Shown: one piece after another, positions 1 through 10,099 of the stretch
Layout of the letters: each line of letters starts with the position of its first letter
Position numbering within the stretch: the first letter of the stretch is position 1
NCBI GenBank assembly: GCA_036172245.1
Contig: JAYWIR010000038.1
Span: forward strand, 1,984,001-2,033,415
Source of the DNA: Raillietiella orientalis
Taxonomy: Eukaryota
Direction: 5' to 3'
Length of the DNA stretch: 49,415 bases
Translations under genes and position numbers: made by a program
The notes under the pieces: model-generated
What the model saw: only the letters and a program-made list of their open reading frames with translations
What the model was told of the DNA's origin: nothing
Database searches by the model: none

Positions 1-500
1 TCTTGAATTCGGACCAGAAGTGTATTCGAGAGGCTCCTCCACAACCCCTCTGCCTGTCGCCTGGTGTCACCTGCAGCAAGATCGCACTGAGCTGAGGACC
101 CCCCGACCCTTATAAAAGAACGAAATCGATGTGGTGGAGATGGCGGAACTTGTCTTGCAACAGAAGTAGGTCAGGTCAACGTCGGGGTTCTCGCCTGTGG
201 TGTCGCACTCGGCGAACGAGGGACAAGCTAGTGGTCAGTTCCGCGTGAATTCACTTTTGTGGATGTTGGTGGCTGGTCCCTGGGTCACAGCAGCATCGTG
301 TCGTGGTTGTTGTTCCAAGAGAACCTTTGGAAGACGCTTCCGAGCCTCCGGTGACTTGAGTTGGCGCGGCTCCGTGTTTACTTTCGCCCTCTCGGCTTGC
401 CAACACGATTGACTTGGCAGCTGGCTTTCCTAATCGAGTGCCTCGGGATCTCTGTGGCAACAAAGCAGCACGAGTCGGGCATCCTGCTGTTTGCAGTGAG
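1..500 (-). mobile_element. Degenerate L1/Tx1-like LINE, APE endonuclease fragment
   Basis: Minus-strand, frameshifted EN motifs in order: FVATE (LQET-like), VNT.P (VYAP-like), TYFCCKTS..HIDFVL (T...SRID), HFWSEF (WK.N-like). Confidence 0.55.
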
Positions 501-1138
501 ACGTCCCCCCCCACCTCCACCCCCGCACCCCCACCTCCACCGCCCCCTTTTTTTTTGGCAGGGAATACGAGGATGTAAACTAGGGATGTAAATTTCGGTT
601 GAATATCGGGGTAGGAAATTTAAATTTACCCGAGAAAGACAATCGGAAAAGGAAACTAAGGTTTGATGTAACACATTTGATTGCGCTTGTTTTTGAGGAA
701 AGTATCAAGAAGCCACTATTACGAAATTGAGGTTTATGAGTCATTCCTTGCTGCTAAATCAAAATAATGTATACGCTATTCACTTTACTGATGCATTAAT
801 GTTTGTGTTGAGCCGTTCGTTGTTCCAACGATGTCTAAGCGAATTTAATGATTGGCAAACTATCAAACGACCGGGTATTCATTAGAGATCATGTGTACAA
901 ATTCTGAAGAATACGTAACATTGAGCAACGTTTTGTGCTTTTGCCTACTTAAAGGTGTTGATTTTGATGTTTACAGGATTTTTTATTTACTATTTTATTT
1001 ACCATGGTGCATGAAGTCATCCCAGTGACAAATATGTGCATTTGTAGCACGCTGCATGATGCATTGGTGAAAGATATGCATGCAGAACAAAGTATTAAAA
1101 ATGTAGAAAGCTACAAAGATCATATAATTTTTTAAGGA

Positions 1139-1174
1139 ATGAATTGTTTGTTCTTATTGGTTGGATACTTCCAA
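1139..1174 (+). CDS. Ptp10D: PTP exon 1 (signal peptide start, MNCLFLLVGYFQ)
   Basis: ATG at 1139, donor CAA|GTGAGC at 1175, 50-nt intron to TTAG 1224; phase 0 join gives a hydrophobic signal peptide. Confidence 0.75.
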
Positions 1175-4100
1175 GTGAGCATTGTGGTTTCATTCTTTTC
1201 TAAATAATATTATTCAATGATTAGCTTGTGCTAGGAGCAGAAGTATTCATTCATATACCATGGAGTGTTGAAGATCAGGATGGTATTTATAGACTCAATT
1301 ACTTTCCTCCTGAAGGATACCCTTTGGCCAACCAGACATTTCTTCCATCACAGATATCTCAGGGAATTGAATTGACTAGTGCTTTGCCTGGTGCTGAATA
1401 TCATTTTAATCTCTATTATTCAAATGCCAGCCTTCATGACTGGCTAACTTGGACAGCTTCCATCACCACAGTGCCTGATCCCCCCAGCAATCTCAGCATC
1501 AATGTGAAATCTGGCAAATCAGCCTTAGTCTCATGGCTCCCTCCAAAAAGTGGTGGTTACACTTCTTTCAGGCTGAAGCTTGTGCCACTTACAGAGCCAC
1601 ATAAAAGTGCCACAAATTTTGTGGTTGATAATCAGTCATCGCCACTACTTCTTCGAGAACTTACTCCTGGTGCTACATATGAACTGCAGTTGTTTTCCCT
1701 GTTTGAAAACAAGGAGAGTGCTGCCTATTTGTCAACTAATTTTACCACTCTTCCCCATCCTCCAGCCAGATTCATTGTGTGGTATAGAAATGAAACTACT
1801 CTACTTGTTCTCTGGCAACCTCCATTTCTTCCTGGGTATTTTAATGCATATAAACTGACAATTTCGCCTCCAGATGCCACACTTAATGAAATTTACGTGG
1901 AAAAGGAAAATGATCCCCGGGGGCCTGCTCAGGCAGCATTCTATGGCCTAATCCCTGGACGAGAATACAACATTAGCCTTTATACAGTGAGTGAAGGCCA
2001 GACTTCAGCTCCTACTACTGCACCATACCGTACTGTCCCTTTATCTCCCTTAAATGTGACTGTTGATCTCTTGGACACACATTCTTTTCGTGTCAAGTGG
2101 AAGGAACCCACAGGGGTAACAGAGTTTGATCGTTATCAGTTGTCACTTGGTCTTCATCGCCAATCTCCCATGCTGGTGCATCGTACAGACCCACTGCGTG
2201 CTGTTTTCTCCAAAGGGATTAAACCAGGTCACATGTACACAGTTGTTGTTAAGGCCTTATCTGGAAATGTGGCCAGTTGGCCCATAACTCTCAATGTAAC
2301 TACCAGTAAGTCCTATTATCCTCAGAAAAAAAGATATGCGTTTGTTTGTTAGAACCACTGCCTGTTTCAACTTTAAAAGTTGTTTGGAATGCTGATGTTC
2401 CTTCTGTTCACTGGCAGCATAATGCTTCCAGCCAGCAGGATGTTTTTTGGGTACATCACCATGAATTTGGAGCCATCAATGGCGACTCAGGTTTACACAT
2501 CACTGCAGACACAGAGCTTTCACTTGCCATGTTACTGCCTGGACGTAATTATAGTATTTCAGTAAGTGCTGTTAGTGGCACAGTAGCTAGTGATGATGTA
2601 TCAGTTTCATTAGTGACAAGTAAGTATATTATAAAGAAAGCAAATTTTTTTTTGTGATAGAACCTTCTTTGCCTATCATTGGAAATTTGGAAGCACTTCC
2701 ATATGGATTCAATGTATCATGGAAATCAGATGTCACTTCCCATCAAGATATGTACCTGATTGTATTGATTCGCAATGACACTGCCGAAGTGACCTCACTT
2801 ACAAGTCAGGAGCAGTGGCTTCAGATTGGGGGCCTGCACCCTGGTACTACTTATACAATTCATTTATATGCTGTGAGCTATGGTGTGCGAAGTGAACCAT
2901 ATGTGTATCACCATGGGATTGGTGAGTAAAGCACAATCAATTTATAGCCATGCAAGGAACCACTGCAGCACCCTTGGCACCTACAATGCTTGCTACTCGA
3001 CAGGAAGATAATTTGCTCAGGCTAAGTTGGATTGCACCTGCTGGCTCTCGTTTGGATCATTATGTAGTGTGTTATAGAACAGAAGGCAGTGCTCTTTGGG
3101 TAGAATTGGGCCCTGTAGATTCTACTCATGCAACTTTGATGGACTTGTTACCTGGAGAGCGTTACATCATAGAAGTCACCTCAGTCAGTGACTTTCCTGT
3201 TTCAAGTAGCCCTGTGCAAGCTGTGCATGTTATGAGTATGCAGAGTGCAGACTGTAATTTTTGTCTAAAACTACTTTGCAGAGCCTCATCCAGTTGGTGA
3301 TATTGTTTCTGAAGTGGGTTCCCATAATGTCAGTCTCAGATGGTCACATCCTGTTGGACGAGTAGATGGTTTTACTGTGACTTGGCAGGCTGATGGCAGT
3401 GGGGCCTCTTTGAATAAAGGCACTCAGTTCTTGCCAGTGGCTAATAACAGTAAAATGGAGCTGTCTGTCGCCAGCTTATTCCCCGGAACTCTCTATTTCT
3501 TCATAGTGACTAGCATGTCCCATGGACTGGGAAGTCAACCTACTCAGTTGCCTATTCAGACAGTGCCTTTGCTCACTTCAGATATTTACGTTGTGAATGT
3601 ACCTGAGCTCACCTATGCATTTACTATTCGTTATACTCCCACACCTGCTTCTGTGTCCCATTTTGATATTTATAGATTCCATCTGAATCTTTCTGGATCA
3701 TCCTTTGTAGAAAAGAGTGCTAAAGATCCTGAGAGAAAAGTGACTTTTGATGGACTGATTTCTGGCAGATTGTATAATGTTTGTATGTGGACAGTAGCTG
3801 GCAATGTATCCAGCAGACCTCTGTGCCGTCAAGAACGCCTCTACCCAGAGCCTGTACTCTCTTTACTTGTTGGTGATTTAACTGATGTTTCTGTAACTCT
3901 CCATTGGACAGCACCATCTGGGGACTTTGATGCATTTGAGGTTGGTTTTGTGGAGTATTTGCAGTATTTTCTCATCCATGTCCTTAGATCCAGTATGTTG
4001 ATTCTCAGGAGCAGCTTGTGCAAAGGATTACAGCTGATGATCACCTGATAGTGACTAACTTGGAACCGTATACCAATTACACATTTACTATTTTAGTCCA

Positions 4101-6745
4101 TGCAGGCACTGAATCCCAATTGCTGCGCCGCTCTCTTCCTATCTCCCTGACTACTGCTACCTTGGAATCATTGCCAGGGAATGTGGCATCCTTTGAACCA
4201 ATAGATGTGCGACCAAGACAGTTGACTTTTAAATGGAATATGTTGCCTTCTATGCGGCATGGTGTGCTTGTTAGCTATACTTTACATTATGGGCTCAAAG
4301 GAACCCCTTTTACTGAGTCTTTGGACTTTGATCCAGATTCAGTAGAGGGTACTGTGCCAAGGCTAATTCCTGGTCAAATTTATGTGTTTCAACTGCAAGC
4401 ACGCACACGAATTGGCTATGGTCCTCTTACATCTTGGGAGCAGCAGATGCCCATTTGGTCTCCTCCCCGTCCCCATTCCCATATACGTCCTACTGAAGTA
4501 GCACATTCTGTAAACACTATCCGAGTGCGTTTCAGTAGAGATTTTTTCTCTGATCATAATGGTCCAGTGAGAGGATATGCATTCATAATAGCAGAGGATG
4601 GTTCTGGAAAGCTCCCTTTTACTCTGCCCCTTGATTTGCCATCTTGGGAAGATGTACAGAATCAGGCCCATTGGCCTCCCTACCAAGCTAATGTGCCTTA
4701 CTATCCATTCAATGAATCCACGTCCATAAGTGATTTTACCATTGGTGCAGAGAAGTGCCCACAGCCCTATCAAAAGTACTGTAATGGCCCTTTGCGTTCA
4801 GGCACATCCTATCGCATCCGTCTCCGTGCCTTCACTGCTCCAGGCAAATTTGCTGATACCACTTTCAGTGATCCCATCAGTACCGATTCTGATAATTCCA
4901 GCATCATTGTTGGAGTGGTGGTCGGTTTCTTACTACTTATTTTGCTATTCGTCCTTTTGCTACTGGCACGCCGGCAAATGCGATCTCTTTTGATGCATCG
5001 TGCTAGAAAGAAGCACGAAGATCTGCCTCTTCCTGAAACTTTTCCGGAAAGCAGTAGACCAGTGAAATTGTCCGACTTTCCGCTGCACTGCAAGCTGATG
5101 GCCGCCGACTCGGATTTACGATTCTCGGAAGAATACGACAGGCTGAAAGTGGTGGGTCGGGAGCAGCCGTGTGCAGCAGCTGATCTGCCAGCCAACCGCA
5201 ACAAAAATCGGTTTACGAACATCCTGCCGTACGATCACTCCAGGGTGAAACTGTGCCCAGTGGACGATGAAGAAGGAACGGACTACATAAATGCAAACTA
5301 TGTTGCCGGGTTCAATTCTCCCAGGGAGTTTATTGTAACCCAAGGACCCTTGCCATCCACGAGGGATGATTTCTGGCGCATGTGCTGGGAGAGTGGATCC
5401 CGTGCCATCGTTATGCTGACCCGATGTACAGAAAAGGGACGGGAAAAATGCGATCACTATTGGCCTCGAGACGCGCAGCCCATGACATACGGTGACCTCG
5501 AAGTTCATTTGCTTAATGAAAGTCGGTTTGCGGATTGGACCATACGTGAGTTCAGAGTGCGGTTCCTGAGCCAGTCCCGTGTCATCCGGCATTTTCATTT
5601 TACGACATGGCCAGATTTCGGTGTCCCCGACCCACCCCAAACGTTAGTGCGTTTTGTCCGTGCTTTCCGCGAACGAGTTGGCCCCGAGCAAAGACCCGTC
5701 GTCGTGCACTGTAGTGCTGGGGTCGGACGTTCAGGGACATTCGTCTCCCTAGATCGTCTCCTGCAGCATATCCGTGTGTTTGACTACGTCGATATCTATG
5801 GAATTGTGTACGAGATGCGTAAGGAACGTGTCTGGATGGTGCAAACAGAACAGCAGTATATTTGCATCCATCAGTGTCTGTTAGCTGTCCTTGAGGGCCG
5901 GGAAAACGAAGGTCTCAACAGCTGTGAAATCCACGAGAATGCTGGATATGAAGGTAACCGGTTTTTATTAATTTTTTTTATTCCTTTTACAAGTTGAGTG
6001 TATACGAAAATCGTGTGCACGTGCAGGGATGCATAGTGTGCACATGTGGCAACAAATCTCTAGTGAGCAGTGTGTGTGCCTTCGTATTTGTGAGAACTGT
6101 TTGTGTATATCCGTGCGTGCATGCAGTGTTTTGTTTGGTTCAGTAGTCTCATCAGTGGAATGAGTGGAATTCAGTCCTTTTGAGAATCCCAATGTATGCT
6201 CTCAAGCCCAAAGCTCAGATGCTCAGAATAGTGCTGCAATGTTCATGCACCAGAAATGATTCCTGGAAGATGTATTGGGAAAATCAGTATTTTACATTTG
6301 TGCACCTAGCCAAAACGAAAAACACCTCCCTCCCCCCCCCACACACACATGCTCATATTCTCAGAAATCACAGGTTCGTGATTTAATCAGAAAGTTCAAG
6401 TCTGATAGGAGAATCAAAAAAATTCTTTAGCCCTCACACCACTGTCACCTGGGATGCCACTCTCCTTATGGCCAAGCTAGTCCACATGTTGGTCTGCTAC
6501 ATATTCATGTACTATGTGTTCACAGAAATCAAATTGTATTTACAGTGATGTAGTGTGTTTTAGAACATGCATTTTTCCATCAGTGTTCCGTGGAAAGGTT
6601 TTTTATCTTTGCTTTTGTGCCAACTTTTCAGGAACTGCTTTCCTCATTTGAAAGTGTCGACAAAAAATGCTCATCTGTATTGCTTTGCTTCATGTAAGTT
6701 TTGTGTGTTTTAGATGATGAAGGAATAGCGGAATCCGGAATTTGA
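1139..6745 (+). CDS. Ptp10D: Receptor-type protein tyrosine phosphatase, R3 subtype (Ptp10D/PTPRB-like); 8 exons, ~1522 aa
   Basis: Exons 1139-1174, 1225-2305, 2353-2619, 2661-2921, 2969-3235, 3282-3940, 3988-5953, 6714-6745 join in frame via GT-AG introns (4569 nt = 1523 codons). Signal peptide MNCLFLLVGYFQLVLGA, ~12 FN3 repeats, TM IIVGVVVGFLLLILLFVLLLLA, and a single PTP domain with KNRFTNILPYD, DYINANY, WPDFGVP, VHCSAGVGRSG, MVQTEQQY. C-terminus GYEDDEGIAESGI resembles the insect Ptp10D tail as I recall it. Confidence 0.93.
1225..2305 (+). CDS. Ptp10D: PTP exon 2 (FN3 repeats 1-4)
   Basis: ORF 1228..2352 with FN3 signatures (W...L.PG..Y); donor A|GTAAGT at 2306. Confidence 0.92.
2353..2619 (+). 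CDS. Ptp10D: PTP exon 3 (one FN3 repeat)
   Basis: Acceptor TTAG 2352, donor A|GTAAGT 2620; LLPGRNYSISVSAVS. Confidence 0.9.
2661..2921 (+). CDS. Ptp10D: PTP exon 4 (one FN3 repeat)
   Basis: Acceptor ATAG 2660, donor G|GTGAGT 2922; LHPGTTYTIHLYAVS. Confidence 0.9.
2969..3235 (+). CDS. Ptp10D: PTP exon 5 (one FN3 repeat)
   Basis: Acceptor TGCAG 2968, donor A|GTATGC 3236; LLPGERYIIEVTSVS. Confidence 0.88.
3282..3940 (+). CDS. Ptp10D: PTP exon 6 (FN3 repeats)
   Basis: Acceptor TTTGCAG 3281, donor GAG|GTTGGT 3941; LFPGTLY and LISGRLY FN3 motifs. Confidence 0.88.
3988..5953 (+). CDS. Ptp10D: PTP exon 7 (last FN3 repeats, TM helix, catalytic domain)
   Basis: Acceptor CCTTAG 3987, donor G|GTAACC 5954; ORF 4018..5997 contains the HCSAGVGRSG P-loop, WPD loop and Q-loop. 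Confidence 0.95.
6714..6745 (+). CDS. Ptp10D: PTP exon 8 (C-terminal DDEGIAESGI, stop)
   Basis: Acceptor TGTGTTTTAG 6713; phase 1 join gives GYE-DDEGIAESGI-TGA. Confidence 0.85.
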
Positions 6746-7049
6746 TGATGAGTATTTGCAAATTCCAAAAAAGTCCTCTTATGGAAAGCAGCATCTGTTC
6801 ATTGTATGTATTTCTACGTCTCAGTATTTCACGATTTCAGAGGGAAAGCAAAATACTCTATATGAAATAAGGACCCGAACATGTCTTCCATTTACAATGA
6901 TTTTTCACAAGATAATATTTTAAGCAACTATATATATTTTAGAAACATGTATTTATTCAGAAATTATATTTCTATGTATTTTCTACCATGTTTGTTTTAT
7001 AACAAACTTGGATTTTAAGGATTCCCCAAACTGATATGTATTCAGATAA

Positions 7050-7055
7050 AATAAA
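7050..7055 (+). promoter_or_regulatory. Candidate polyadenylation signal of the PTP gene
   Basis: AATAAA about 300 nt after the stop, at the end of an AT-rich 3' UTR and just before TE-derived sequence starts. Confidence 0.5.
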
Positions 7056-7349
7056 ATGGTGATATTCTGAAATATCACATGGCCCTTAATTTTGATTTGA
7101 TTAATGATACCAGCTGTTGTCTTTTCATAGATAATACATCCAAATGGCAGGTCAGTGCACTTGACAGGTGTTTTCAGCTGCTGATACGTATCAGTTTTCT
7201 TGTTTTCTTTCTAATCTGTAGAGCGATACGTTTATATCTACAGGATAGCTATTTGGAGATCTCAACATTGCGTTTGGAAAATCTTTTCGAGTTTGAATGT
7301 GCTTTTAGGTACCTCTTGAGGTGCCGTTTCTGGTAAGAAGTTCGGAGTG

Positions 7350-10050
7350 CACGACGCACCCCTCATCTATTCCTCTTACATTCTTATATTTTGCATGCAG
7401 TCTTCTAAAATTCATATTTCCATCGGTTCTTCTTTGGTGTTACGGTGGTTCCCCTAAAAGTGCCTGAAATGCGGGAGGAGGATTAGCTGCTCAGCATGAG
7501 GAAGAAAATCATTGAACCCGATTCCCGGCCAGCACGGATTTTGCGTATGCATCTGAAACTTGATGAGAGTTTACAGGTTCGATGTCCGCGGTGCGGTTCC
7601 TCATGAAGACGGGGTCGACTCTAGAATGTTGTGGATTAGCTTGGAGTGAATGATCATTGAATACGGCTGTCCGGTTATTGTAAGGCCGAATTCATATGGC
7701 TGACCTGCTGAGGCCTCTGTTCCGCTCTCGAGGCGGCGGTATGTTACATTGCTCCAGCATTCTGGCTCTCAGAGTGCCGCGGTCTCCGTTTTTCCCAGTG
7801 GGAAGATCCTATTTCTTCCATCAGAGGCCACACACACACTTTTGGGCTATTGGACCACCTCTCTCGGATGCTCGCGCTGATTTGTTGTTGGGATGTCTGA
7901 AGATTGTGGCACTTGGTCCTCCCAGGTAATGGAAATGATGCTTCGACCACAAAGTCTGTTGCTGAAAAATATGGCGTGTTGGATTTTGTTGGGTATATGC
8001 AGTGCCGAATGGAAGCTTCCTAGTTTACCCTCTGGCATTTCTCGTGCAATTCGGATACCACCTCAGATTTTTACGAAGTGTTTTTGTGGTCATTCACTGT
8101 GCTATGTGCGTATCTCGTAACGCTCATCCCGTTCGTACACATGTTGCTTGTTTCTAGTGAGCTAGTCCTATGGTTGTCACCAGGTCATGTCTGTTCTACG
8201 TCACATCGTCTCAAGGGCACATTCGTGCTTCTGGGGTCCCGTTGCCCTCGGCTGAATCGCAGCAGGTCATTCCCCACAAAGCAGCAGCTTCCGTTGCTCA
8301 AGCGACTACTTTGAAAGTGAAAGCGGCGCTCTCGAGTTGAAGGTTCCTGGATCCTCTGGTTGCTGTCTTTTCTTCAAGCGCTCCATCCGCGTAGTTAGCA
8401 ATTGCATCGGAAGTGTACATTGTTTTATGGTTTCGCATCGTCTCAGTCTTGCCAACCCACAGAAAGCTCAATCCTCAGTTGCATCCATGCCTGACAAAGA
8501 AAGGAGCTCTTCGGAGAATGTCAGCATTCGTTCTCAAAAACCCTCCTCGTTTTGTCTCGTGTTTCTGTTTTCGGTGGCTCAGAATCTGCCTTCCAAAATC
8601 AATTTAAGAACTCGATTTTCCCAAGCAATGCAACCAGGGTGCACAACATAATTCGCAGTTTGTTGAATCGAAGTGCGAAAAATCGCCATGAAATTACAAA
8701 AGCAAACGAAATTTCAAGGAACCAGCTGAACAGATGCTAGCAACGCTGTTTCTCCACAAAAGTTGCTTTGGCAGATGAATTTATGGGGCTGTCTCGATTT
8801 GCAATTGAATCAGAGTTCACACAGTGTAGAAGCACCTGTACTTAACTTTCTGACCGTGTTTTCCATTCCTGGTGATTTTCTTGAGCCACTCAGACCCCAG
8901 GAGCAGGAACTTTGCAAGGTTTGTGAGAACGTCTTTCCACGAGTGCGATATTGGTAAGAGTACTTCAGGATGAAACGATAGTAAGTTCATACCAAAAAAT
9001 GAAAAGTTATTATAGCTATTCAGTTCATGCGCTTGCAAACCAAAAAAAAGAAAAGCAGTTATTGCAATTGCAGTCTTCAAGACGACGGCTACCGCAAAGG
9101 CTTATCGGAGAGACTTGATTTCGACTCGGTTGGAAGAAAGGTGGGCAAAATGGAACCAAAGCAAAATGGGCTGCTTTGGCCCCGATGGCATCGGGTGATG
9201 TTTCGTGAATGGTTGGTTTCAGTACTGCCTATTGAGCTGTTGATACAGAAACCAAGGGAAACGGTTGATTAGAAAGAAAAGGGGAGTGAAGTTCAAGCAA
9301 GAAGGAAACGATTCATGGAGAAGTTACTCGCTGTTTCTCGAAAGCTGAGTCTTGCCTGCAATTCTTATCAATAGCATGTTTCGTTGATTTCCTTCATTCC
9401 TACTCCCTGCACATTAAAAAAGAGACTCTTGCCTCCAAGAAAGTAGCTGTCTCTCAAATCCTGTTTCTCCTCACGGTAGGTTTGGTAAATTTCCAGAACA
9501 AATTTTTTGAGAAGCTTTCGGCTGGGGCTTTCATCGATCGTGGCTTGTTTTTAGAGCATGCAAGTACCTCATACTTTCGAGCAGAAATGTAAGGTTCGAG
9601 AATTAGATCTTTTGTTGCTGAATGTCGGTGCCCTCGAATAAGTTTTCCGTTACTACTTTCCATCGGTCCAATGAGGATGCAATGGTGCTAAGGATTTATT
9701 GCCCAAAGTGCAATATACAGTAATATTCCAAGATTTACCAAGATATGGAATCGATATTACAGAGGCTTAAATATACATTCTTTGCTGTGATGTTTTGAAG
9801 TCCCCCCCCCTCCCCCAAATGATTCTGGAAGCAGTTTCAACCCATTTCACCTATGTGGATAAAGGGTGGTTTCTTTCTTGAAAAATCTGTCTTTTGCAGG
9901 CAGTTCAGAGATGTTAAGGAAGTGTTGAATGTTTGTGTGTTAGGAGTACATCTGAATGAACAAGTACACTGTGCTAAAGATTCTGCATATTTGCAAGCAT
10001 TTACAACTGCTTAGTAAAGCAAGAATTCCAAATAATCGTTTTAACAGAGT
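7350..10050 (+). mobile_element. Degenerate L1/Tx1-like LINE ORF2 (EN-RT-C-terminus)
   Basis: Colinear relics: ARILRMHL (~7535), THFW..DARADLLL (~7870), FDHK (~7945), EWKLPSL (~8010), FRIVSVLPTHRKL (~8430, RPISLL), VALADEF (~8770, YADD), KWNQSK..RVMF..VSVLP (~9150-9230), Cys/His relic (~9930-9980). Many stops and frameshifts. Confidence 0.7.
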
Positions 10051-10099
10051 TGATTGGTAGTTTTTTATTATCCCTGAGTTTCCTGTTGTACTTATCAAA

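Noticed and set aside
6632..6693. Possible extra PTP exon (CAG acceptor, GTAAGT donor)
   Set aside because: Would leave a ~20-nt downstream intron, too short even for this gene.
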